Source: Octopus sinensis
Taxonomy: Eukaryota
Length of the DNA stretch: 64,000 bases
Assembly (NCBI RefSeq): GCF_006345805.1
Contig: NC_042997.1
Coordinates: forward strand, 94,488,001 to 94,552,000
Reading direction: 5' to 3'
The notes beneath the pieces were generated by a model. It made no database searches and had not been told where the DNA came from. It worked only from the letters and a program-made list of their open reading frames with translations. Shown here piece after piece: positions 53,568 through 64,000 of this stretch (position 1 is the stretch's first letter; each line of letters opens with the position of its first letter). The translations under genes and the position numbers were made by a program.

Positions 53568-54102
53568 ATTAATAAATAATAATATTAGTGGTAATCTAAA
53601 GCATGAACTGTGTTGGCAAGTTTAAAAATATTATGGTACTAGAACGCATCAGGTTTGCTAGAAATAGGAGTCAGATGAACTCTGAAGCCACTGAAAACTC
53701 AGAGAAAACAAGCATGGTGAAAGCGGGCAGCAAATAAAAGTTATAGCTCTTACCTTTGCGAAAGCCGCGAAAGAAATGGCAGGTAGCAATAACGATTCCG
53801 GACTGTGGGCTAAAAAAAATTATCACTCTTCAGTTATGTTTGCCGCCAAAGAAAAAGCCAAATTTAAAGCCATTCACCTCAACTATGCTTGCGTGTTCGT
53901 GTGAAGTCTCAAGGAACATTCAGAAACGACTTAAGTGATTAATCTATAAATATATAAGGATATTATTATTATTAATAAATATGAATATTAGTGGCAATCC
54001 AAAGCATGAACCGTACAGGCAAAATTAATAGCATTATGGTACTGGAAAATACCAGCTTTGCAACAAATAGGAGTCGTTTGAATTCCGTAGCCACAGAAAG
54101 CT
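53568..54102. repeat. Diverged ~130-bp direct repeats with ~403-bp period
   Basis: attaataaat..aatattagtgg.aatc.aaagcatgaac.gt...aaataggagtc..tgaa.tc.g.agccac.gaaa.ct occurs at ~53568 and ~53971. Confidence 0.8.
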
Positions 54103-54497
54103 TACATAAGATATAACCATATCTTATCTTTATCCTTCCATATACAGACAGTAGAGTCCACAGTGGCAAAGCTGTCACTCAATATTTTGTTGAAGACCTT
54201 GCATGGATTTCGAATCATTGATTTTGTCTTCATGACACCTTAAAGGAATTACTGAATGCCGCTCTTCTTTGGAACAAAGTTAAATTGGAAGTGCCACGTC
54301 AGCGTAATTCACGCTTCATGTTCGAAAAATATACCTTTAGTAAGCAGAGAGAAACCATGTAAAATGACAGGCGGGCAATTATCTCGCTAACTGCAAAATA
54401 TATTATATAATTGCGAACACACCCACACACGCATATAAAAACATTAAATATTGATATTCTGTCATGTGTTTCAGCCTTAAGGTTGTAGCCATGCTAT

Positions 54498-54544
<47 letters not shown>

Positions 54545-55184
54545 AGAGAGAGAGAGGGAGAAAGGGAACAATAGCAAATGAGAGACATATTGTATAGTTA
54601 TGTTTGTATATATTTGGGATGGTTATCTACGTTCTATCTACCTATCTATCTGTCTATCTAACTATCTCTACACACGCACACACACACATACACACACACT
54701 CACACACTCTCTCTCACACACACACATACACACACACACATACACGCATATATAAACATATGTATGCATGTGCGAGTGTGACGAGAAGATATAGTAGCGG
54801 AAAGAAAATTCAGTTAAAGATAATTAGACAACATAAGGACGATGGCATAGTAAATCACACTATGAGATGACATAAAACACATCAGGTACGTAATTGGATG
54901 AAGTTTATTTCACTTAGGTTTCATTTCTTTCTTTCAAATCTGTGAAATGAGTCACGCCAATAACGTTGTCAGGGAGGACATATGATCGTGTATGTCAATA
55001 AATACCACCTGTGCTCCTTTGTGCTGTCTTATTAGGCGGTAATTGTCAGTATCGATTGTAATAAATTAAAGACAACTGAGAATCCGTCTTGGAAAATCAT
55101 GAATTTTGTTTTTGGTTCATAATATTTCGTTGTACAATTAAAATTGATATCAATATTTTTTTCCTATAATTTTCTATCTTTTAT

Positions 55185-55380
55185 CTTATACTTGTTTCTC
55201 TCACCGGACTGCCTCAATGCTGGAGCACTGTCCTGGAATGTTTTAGTCGAAAGAATCGCTCCAGGTACTTAATATTTGAAACTTTGCACTAATTGTCCCG
55301 TTTATTTTTCCTGAAACTTTAAGAGGATGTCATAGAACGAACACCAGTTGTCAAGCGGCGGTAGGAACAAATACAAGGAT
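55185..55380 (-). mobile_element. Old SINE family A 3' half
   Basis: acttgtttc...gactgcctcaatgctggagcactg...ttagtcgaaagaatcg...ccagttgtcaagcg. Confidence 0.65.
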
Positions 55381-55462
55381 TCTCACATCAAAATAGGCAC
55401 ACACACTCACAAATGTACACACACACTCATACACACACGCATGCACACACACACACCTATTC

Positions 55463-55927
55463 TAGTAACATGGTCCAAAACAGGACTGCCACATTACGTT
55501 GGCAAATAAATTGTACTATGTTGTATAATTACTATTTAGATCTCATTCAGAGATTTACAAGTAGCTGTTTTACTCAATACGAGATCAGTGACCATCTGTC
55601 ACTTCTATATTTATATACTACGAGTAGGGTCGAGTAAGCTGCTATCTCTAACCGGTGACTGACCAACACCGAAGACGGGAAATTACCCAAAAACTATTGG
55701 TCTGTTGGTACTGCTAGAGTTTAAGAGTGAGTAGTACGCTCCTTTTGTCACAGTATATTTCAGAGACAGATTGTGTCGATAACCAGCTGGAAAAGATGTT
55801 TTCTTGGGGTTAAAATGTAGTAACATGGCCCAACAAGGACTGCCACCTTACGTTGGCAAATAGATTTTACTATTCAGTATAGCTACTACATAGATCTCAT
55901 TTAGAGGTTTAAAACTTACCTGTTTTA

Positions 55928-55931
<4 letters not shown>
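55463..55931 (+). mobile_element. 355-bp hammerhead-containing unit, 1.3 tandem copies, inserted in (CA)n; same family as 22674-23213
   Basis: 55463-55576 repeats at 55818-55931. Its reverse complement aaaatctatttgccaacgtaag...atgttacta matches 23035-23087. Confidence 0.85.
55662..55709 (+). ncRNA. Hammerhead-like motif (CCGAAGA core, G12>A)
   Basis: ACCAACA-CCGAAGA-cGGG(aaauua)CCCa-AAAAC-uauug-GUC^-UGUUGGU, with a perfect 7-bp stem I. Confidence 0.7.
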
Positions 55932-55971
<40 letters not shown>

Positions 55972-55985
55972 ACACACACACACAC

Positions 55986-56019
<34 letters not shown>

Positions 56020-56858
56020 GCAATAGAGGGCATTAAAACGTTCGGACAGATAGACGACACAAAGGCGTGGAAGGAGGAGAGATGGGTGGGGGACAGCGGG
56101 ATTGGAAGATTAGTCTTTGAAATTCCGACGCATAGCTACATATGGAAGCTGAAAAGTATGATTACTGGATGCTTTGAATCGGCAGGTCTCCATGTTCTAC
56201 AAGTGTGACAGACCATGAGGACCAGATTATGATCTCAGTAACAGGAGATCACATGAGAGAGAAAATAATAGGCCTTCCTCTTCACAGATCCTGACATTTT
56301 AAAAGAGAGCATTTGGAGCAAACTTTGACAAAGAGCAATTAGCGCTAAGGATGGAATTCGAGAAATCGGAGTGGCACCAGGTACTAATTAATAGGCTGAA
56401 ATCTAAGACTGATAAATTTAGAGAACAGTGCAAAATGGATTTCTTAAAACATTTCTTCAAATATCGAAGATCATCTCATCTCTGTTTCTAGTGCAATATT
56501 TTCACTACTATTATTGAATTCATTCGTTCATTAATATTTAATTTTCGGGGGAAAAAAAAAATCCGGTCGATAATGATTTTGTTCTTAAGGTAAACAGTTA
56601 CAGATTTTCGCGCTGTAGATGACCTTCAATTTCTATAAAATAAATAATTTAATTAAATGGATCAGGTAACAAATATTCGCAGGTAACGCACGCAGATACA
56701 CGCACATGCACGCACGCATTGAGACACACAAATACCTACATACCTTGATAGCTAGCAAACTGGATAAGTAGATACATACATACATGCATACATATATATA
56801 AATACATACGTAGACATTTTAGGGAAAATAATTAATATATTCACATATTATAGTGATT

Positions 56859-57187
56859 CTAAAAAAGACTCCGCCGGTTACGACGACGAGGGTCCCAGCT
56901 GATACGATCAACGGAACAGCTTGCTCGTGAAATTAACGTGCAAATGGCTGAGCATTCCACAGACACGTGTACCCTTAACGTAGTTCTCGGGGATAGTCAG
57001 CGTGACACAGAGAGTGACAAGGCTGACCCTTTGAAATATAAGTACAACTCATTTTTGCCAGCTGAGTGGACTGGAGCAACGTGAAATAAAGTGTCTTGCT
57101 CAAGGACACAACGCGTCGCCGGGAATCGAACTCACAACCTTACGATTACGAGCCGAATGCCCTAACCACTAAGCCACACGCCCTCAC
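56859..57187 (-). mobile_element. Young full-length tRNA-derived CORE-type SINE (family C) with 11-bp TSD
   Basis: Minus strand GGCGTGTGGCTTAGTGGTTAGG (A box) ... GAGTTCGATTCCC (B box), then CORE-like TGTGTCCTTGAGCAAGACACTT. TTATAGTGATT is duplicated at 56848-56858 and 57188-57198. Confidence 0.92.
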
Positions 57188-57717
57188 TTATAGTGATTAC
57201 GTTATAATTAAAAGCTTTTAACCTAAATTTATTTTCCAATAAAGATGTTCTTGTAATACAATGACGTTATTATCCTTTTGTCAATTCTATAGTTTATCAT
57301 AAATCAATTACAAGGAAAAAATACAACTACAAGGAGCAGTAAATTTAAGCCCATATGTCTATGCGGAGAAAGGATTCACTAGTTCCCTCGATAAAATGTA
57401 TATTCGACCAAAACACCATCCTTCACATAAAGAGAGAGACAGAATTGCAATATCATTCGGTTGGAAATACTTTACAGGTAACTAAACTGGAGCAGCTGGA
57501 GAAAGCAAACGTCTTGGTGAAGGGGAGAACGCGGTATCCGAGGTTGAACCCGTCACAATACTATTGTGAGCCGAACAAGCTAGCCCTTGAGCACATCTTT
57601 TCACTAACATACTCAAGTATGTATGTGTATACATATGATTATATATATATGTATATATATGTGTGTGTGTGTGTGTCTGTGTGTATGTATAGATATGTGT
57701 GTGTGCGTGTGTATGTA

Positions 57718-57761
<44 letters not shown>

Positions 57762-59968
57762 CACAAATATATATAATTAGTAAGATTTGTATTTCATGGT
57801 TGATAAATATTACTACATTCTCTCTATATTGTGAATTAAAATCTATCTGTTGTTCTTCATTTTCTCAAGCCATTTGGCACAGCTTGAATGAAACTGGTAA
57901 CCACTGGCGTTCTTTTGTATTTGAAGTGATGCCATATCTTCTGAGGTTTTTTGAGTCTTACCTTATTTTTGCCAGTATGAATGTCATATAACTTCACCCA
58001 CAAAATTGGCGTCTGAATAGCGAGAAGATACCAGTCGCGTACTATGGTGGTTTCTACTCGTTTGCACTTTTCTTGTTTTTTTCTCTTTGTTTTTCTGGAA
58101 GAAAGTGGTTGTGCATAGATCTGGAGAGTGAAGTGCTTCGGTATGCGCAAGACCCAGGTTGAGACACAATTGCACTAAAGACTCCAAGAAGTGACGTTTC
58201 CGATGTGAGGTAAACCATAAATACAAGAACACATGTACGTTTATTTATACACGTATATTTATTTATAAATATACAAGTATTTATAAATATAGATAAATAA
58301 ATATACAACTATATATTCAGTATAGGCAATTGAGAAAGTATTAAATTAAAAATAGCCATCTATGTATCGTACTTAATGTATATACACTGTTGATAGGCGA
58401 ATTAACTTGTGCTTTGTCCTAATATAAGTGAGATGCTGTATTGTCCTAATCTAAGTGACATGCTGTTTTGGAATACAATAGCCATCAGAGAGAGACGAAA
58501 ATTCTTTCCAACAAATGTCAGTGAGAACGTTAGATACATTTCGGCCTTTTGGAGCTCTTTGAATGGCGCGTATTCGCACCTAGACACATGCTGCTCTATC
58601 GAGAGTATGTATACACTAAGTATAAAACGCAAGTGTCAAATTCAATTAAATACCTTTCAATTTCCAATGCCGGATATTTATTTCGGTTGGCAGTGAATGT
58701 TTAATTTAATTTATCCTATATCTGATACAACGAATTCTCGCACGAGCAGGTAGTTGGCACTGAGAAAGCGCCATTGAAACGACCCTAAAAGGCCGAAATT
58801 TATCTGATGTTCTGGTCAGTCGCTGTAGCATATTGTGTTTTTATGATAGCACATCCTTAACGGATGTTATCTCCAAACAAATGATGCACTAACTGGTCTG
58901 TTTACACACATATATTGTGTATTTAAGTTTATGGGTGGGTGTCTGCATGTTTCATTTTCTCACTTTCATATAATATCAGTTCATTCTAGTTCATTGGCAA
59001 GCTCGTACTGAACAGACATGTGATTGTGATCTAAAACATGCAAACACACACATACACACACAACAATCATACATACACACACACAGATTCGCGCACATAC
59101 GCCTATATACATACGTGTATGCATGTGCTAACCCACTGACGATATGTTACAAATTAATATACGTGTATCATTTTCATCAAATGAAAGTGCATTTGGCACA
59201 TTCTACTCAATGCATTAATTCCATTCGCAATATATTCATAACAAAATTTTGATCAAATTAAAACAAGAAAAAACTACAAGCCCATGCCTGATAGATGAAG
59301 AAACAATCTGCAAATGATGACAAGTATGTTTTTCTTTGTTATATTATTATGAAACTACATTTCTCACGAATGTTTTTTTTTTGTTCGATAACATCTAGCA
59401 TATGTCTTATTAGAAAATGTAGCTAGAAACAAGCAAACACTTCAATGAAAATACAACAATTTAGGTCAATATTGCATTGATAAATGGTAGTTGGCAACAA
59501 TACAAAAATCAACATGTGAAACAAAATATAAATGAAGCGTATATGCGAATAAAAAATCCTTAATATTATATAATTGTGTTTCCATGTTGGTTTCAATTAA
59601 TTACAGATTTTCTGCATTGGAAGAAGTTGTTTTCATTTAACCTACATCGTAAACCTTATGGCTTTCTAGAATGATGCTTAAAGCCTAGCTAAATGTTACA
59701 AAAATAAATCTGTGTTTTCTTATTTATACTTAATTTTCCTTGCTGAGTTGGAGTAGTTTGTGCTTTATTTTGTTCTTTAATTTAGTTTCGTCATCACGGG
59801 GAATGTTGAATGTGCAGCGTACTAGAATTAATTAAATAATTAATATAAAATACATTAGAAAATAGCAGATATAAATAGACTCTATTGCTTGATGCATTTT
59901 TAACCCTAGAATCAACGATTGCTCTGTCCTTCAATGTGTATAAAAATGAAGGTTCTGTACATTATGTA

Positions 59969-61249
59969 CGAGGGGCGTTCAATAAGTAATGCCCCTGACC
60001 CAATTGCAGTTGTTTGATCTAGCATGAGCAATTATGTATATGTCTATAGATTTAGTGGCAAATTACAGCTCTGAACTAATTGTGGTTTCCGATTTACAGG
60101 TGTTTGAACTGAGTCAAGTGTGAAATGGAGTATGTTCAGTGTCGAGCAGTGATCCGGTTTTTGTATTTGAAAGGGCGCACACCACGGGAGACTTTTGATG
60201 AAATGAAAGTAACTTATGGTGATGATGCCCCATCATATGACCTTGTAAAACGCTGGCATCGTGAATTCAAACATGGTCGGAACTCGGTGGAAACAGCTCC
60301 CAGATCTGGTCGCCCCCTTCTGCCATTGATGAGGCATATGCCTGTCAAGTTGAGGCTGCCATTTTGGAAGATCGACGCATAACTATTCGCCAAATAGCCC
60401 ATGAGGTCAAGATTAGTACCGGGTCTGGGGAAACTATCATTCATGACCATTTGCATATGCAAAAGGTGTCTGCCAGATGGATTCCCAGGTTGCTCACACC
60501 TTTCCAGAAGCAAGAACGCGTCGATTGCTCGAGGATGAATTCGGAGATGTGCCAAGAAGATGAGTCAACATTTTTCAAAAGACTGATTGCATAGGATATA
60601 ACCTGGGTCCATCACTATGATCCAGAGACCAAAGCCCAGTCAATGAGGTGGAAGCACCGTGACTCACCTCCTCCAAAGGAGGCAAGAGTGCAGCCCTCCG
60701 CTGGCAAGGTCATGCTCACAGTCTTCTGGGATCAGGACGGAGTAGTGAAGACAGATTTCCTGGCAAAGGGTGCCACAATTACAGGAGTCTATTATGCTTC
60801 ACTTTTGAGGAAATTAAGAGAAGCTATCAAAACCAAGAGGCGGGGCAAGATCAGCAAAGGCATCCTCCTCCTGCAGGACAACGCTCCGATCCACAACTCG
60901 CGTGTCGCTAGATCAGAAGCACAGGCGTGCAGCTATGAACTCACCCCCCATCCCCCCTACTCTCCTGACCTTGCACTCTCTGATTTTCACTTCTTCCCAG
61001 CCATGAAGTTGTTTTTGAAAGGAAAGCGTTTCCCAGATGATGCAGCCTTGATTTCTAAAGTCAGGTCGTGGTTGGAGGACCAAGCTGGGGTCTTCTACAA
61101 AAACGGTCTTCAGAGCTGAATCAAACGATGGGAGAAATGCGCAACTCTGGGTGGTTCCTATGTAGAAAAAGACTAATAACTGTTCCAAGTTTTGTTGCTC
61201 TACTGCTATGGGAAGTGGGTCAGGGGCATTACTTATTGAACGCCCCTCG
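59969..61249 (+). mobile_element. Full-length mariner transposon (1281 bp, irritans-like)
   Basis: Perfect 34-bp TIRs CGAGGGGCGTTCAATAAGTAATGCCCCTGACCCA (59969-60002 / 61216-61249), with TA on both sides. Confidence 0.97.
60125..61176 (+). pseudogene. DD34D mariner transposase, disrupted
   Basis: PRSGRP, WIPRLL, D(ITW), QDNAPIH and HPPYSPDLALSDF, with 34 residues between D2 and D3. Frameshift at ~60316, stops at 60592 and 61117. Confidence 0.95.
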
Positions 61250-61425
61250 TACTTCGTTACTAGAGAATATTAGTTCTTAAGCTATTTTCGTTATATACTG
61301 ACATATCTACGTTTTGCATTAAAAGATAATGTTTTCTCTTTGTCCCTACGATCTGTCAGGTTTGTCCGTGTGGTGCCCTTACCTCAGAAGATGTAAAATC
61401 TCGAATGGAAGAAGCTATATATACA

Positions 61426-62676
61426 CAGGTGTTAGACAAAATAATGGAAATAGCTTAAAATTTCAAACAAATTTATTTTAATATGAGATAGGACCGCCTT
61501 TGGCAGTAATTACAGCATGAATTCTACGAGTTATGGACTCGTACAAAGTTTGAATTGCCCCAAAGGAATTTTTGTCCATTTTCCAACTAAAAAATACTCC
61601 CGTTCTTGCAGTGATTATGGTGTAGGATATTGACTCCTTATTTTTTTTTCTGAAATGCACCATAAATGTTCAATAATATTGAGATCTGGGGACTGTGGTG
61701 GCCAGATAAGATGTTCAACTTCACTAGAATGTTCATCATGCCATTCAGTAACAAGTTTAGCTGTGTGAATTGGTGCATTATCACCCTGAAAGATTGCGTT
61801 CCTTTCCGGAAACAGTTCCGCAGCCGTAGGATGAATTTAATCAGATAAATTACTTAGATAGTCTTGACTATTAATTCTACCATGAAAGAGTAAGCATTGG
61901 GCTGGCGGATTTCCAAGATATAGCCCATAAGATCATCACAGATCCTCCCCCTTGCTTAACAGATGGAAGCAGGCAGGCTGGGTCAACTGCTACGTTTGGC
62001 TGTCTCCACACATATACATGGCCAGTGGTTGAAAATAAGATAAAGGATGACTCGTCCGAGAAAAGAAAACCATACTTCCACTGCTCTAGGGACCAATTCT
62101 GTAGGATTTTATATTACTCTAAACGCTTTGCAACGTTTGTTTTTGAAAGTGGTAGTTTTCTGATTGCAACCCTCCAGTGAAATCCGGCGAACAGTTTTTG
62201 TGGAAACTGGGTGTTCACGAGGTGGTCATTAAACTCTGCAGTAATTCTGGGAGCTGTATTTTTGTGTTCCTTTCTAACAATTCGTGTAAGAATCCCATGG
62301 TCCTTATCTGAAAGTTTTGGTTTTATTCCGGTGTTTTGTTTCGACGAAGAGGTTTTCCCCTCTTTCTCAAAGGCTGTCATTACTTTTCATGACAGTACCC
62401 TTGATAGACCAAACATTTCGGCTTCGTTACGCTAGCGCCTGCCATACGTGCACCAACACTTTGATCTCTTTGAAAGTCCGATAGATCTGTCATTTTAATG
62501 AATTTTAATTACCTTTTTCTGATGATATCTGAAAAGAAAGAGCAATTTTAGCAAAACATATCAAGCAACATTAATAAAAAAAACATGAAAATAAACAAGC
62601 TTTTGACAGTTTTATAGATATTTCAAATATATGATGCTATGATGCTAGGTGTTTCTAGTATTTTGTCCAACGCCTG
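61426..62676 (-). mobile_element. Tc1-like transposon with decayed TIRs and disrupted DD..E transposase (~62493-61478)
   Basis: TIRs CAGGTGTTAGACAAAATAATGGAAA / CAGGCGTTGGACAAAATACTAGAAA. Minus-strand motifs MTDLSDFQR, FSDESSF, FQGDNAPIH, WPPQSPDLNIIEHLW, AKGGPISY*. Confidence 0.92.
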
Positions 62677-62730
62677 TATATATAGAGAGAATTGAAGAGG
62701 GATGACAAAGAGAAAAGCTGATGTGGCGGA

Positions 62731-62846
<116 letters not shown>

Positions 62847-63050
62847 GATAGGCTCTACATTATCCTGCATTTGTGTGCGCAAATCGCGCATACAGGCGAT
62901 ATGTTTAGTGTTATGAAACAATTGAATGAAGTTCTATAGATTTATGCATTAAAAGATGTATCGATGAGATGTATTAAGAGAGTAGACAAGTACAAAGCAC
63001 ATATGATAGTCAATTAGGTAGATAGACAGAAAGAGAGATAGATAGACAGG

Positions 63051-63118
<68 letters not shown>

Positions 63119-63301
63119 ATGATAGTTGGATGGATGGATGGATATATGCGTTGGTGATGCTAACGATATATCAATGGATGTGCAGACAGAGATGTATTAA
63201 TAAATTGGTTACTGAAATGAAATGAAAATAATATCAATTGGTAAATAAATCGGAGCGAAATTGGTGGTGGTTGGATAGTGAAAAGTGTAGTTATATATAT
63301 G

Positions 63302-63390
<89 letters not shown>

Positions 63391-63395
<5 letters not shown>

Positions 63396-63925
63396 ACAAT
63401 TAAGGAATGGCCTTAATAGGCCATTCGTCCACTAGAAAGAGCAGCCAGGACTCAAACCGCTAAGTAGTAGTAATTCAGAAATTAGGTGAAAATTTAAAAA
63501 CGTTTACCCTAATTCATCTTTAGACGATGCATCGTTTCAGTGTTTTTAATGGTAAACCAGCTTAATTAAATTAAATTAAGTCAATCTACCATAGGTTACA
63601 CTTCATCAGTAAAGAAACCAGGAGAGACGGATATACACGAGGCGTCTGTATCAATGCCCTCGGAATATCTGCCTTAAAATTTTCAAGACCATCGTATTCG
63701 CGCCAACTTATCAGCAGTAAATATAAACTGCCGATTTAATCTCAGAATTAGCCAGAAAATCATCAATTAATCAATTTAGGGTAGCAAAAAATTCAAAGAT
63801 GAATTAGGGTAAACGTTTTTAAATGTTCACCTAATTTCTGAATTACTACTACTTAGCGGTTTGAGTCCTGGCTGCTCTTTCTAGTGGACGAATGGCCTAT
63901 TAAGGCCATTCCTTAATTGTTAAAT
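63391..63925. repeat. Inverted repeat, 131-bp arms (about 1 mismatch), with a hammerhead abutting the left arm
   Basis: 63391-63521 is the reverse complement of 63795-63925. The left end runs into (TA)n, and the right side continues as unique sequence to the window end. Confidence 0.92.
63517..63615 (-). ncRNA. Type I hammerhead ribozyme, canonical core, long stem II
   Basis: UCUUUA-CUGAUGA-AGUGU[..AUGGUAGA..CUUAAUU/AAUUAAG..UUUACCAU..]ACACU-GAAAC-gaugcauc-GUC^-UAAAGA. All three stems pair, and stem III is a 12-nt palindrome. Predicted cut between 63523 and 63522. Confidence 0.92.
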
Positions 63926-64000
63926 TTATATATTTAGTCTTTGACTATTTTCTCTTTCCCACTAGACCGCTGGTAGCGATAAATTTCTATTGAATTTTTT

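Noticed and set aside
57110-57187. tRNA gene
   Set aside because: The A/B boxes are the head of a SINE with a CORE-like body and TSD, and there is no complete acceptor stem. The same applies at 1320-1385.
58415-58468. 27-bp tandem duplicate (also a 22-bp duplicate at ~6122-6172)
   Set aside because: Ordinary slippage duplications with no further structure.

Overview
Eukaryotic, very AT-rich DNA saturated with microsatellites. I can support no host protein-coding gene, so it is intergenic or lies in a large intron. The SINE families look to me like cephalopod (Octopus-type) repeats; that is recognition, not a database result. Nearly all ORF-track entries are microsatellite artefacts. The real content is mobile DNA: (1) a near full-length but disabled CR1-group LINE (~47.3-53.3 kb) with a 17-copy upstream repeat array, an unusual Myb/SANT-trihelix + CCCH ORF1, an APE-RT ORF2 and a 3' tandem duplication; (2) three truncated relatives of it; (3) three tRNA-derived SINE families, one sharing its 3' tail with that LINE; (4) a full-length DD34D mariner and a Tc1 element; (5) remnants of R4/Dong, RTE, hAT and Penelope-like elements (PLEs). 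The main signal is invisible in the ORF track: about ten type I hammerhead-ribozyme (HHR) motifs, canonical to degenerate. They sit in head-to-head inverted repeats and in ~355-bp tandem units that fold back on themselves with the ribozyme at the apex, which suggests a PLE-associated retrozyme-like system with recurrent non-canonical cores. All alignments and folds were done by eye, and coordinates may be off by a few bases.
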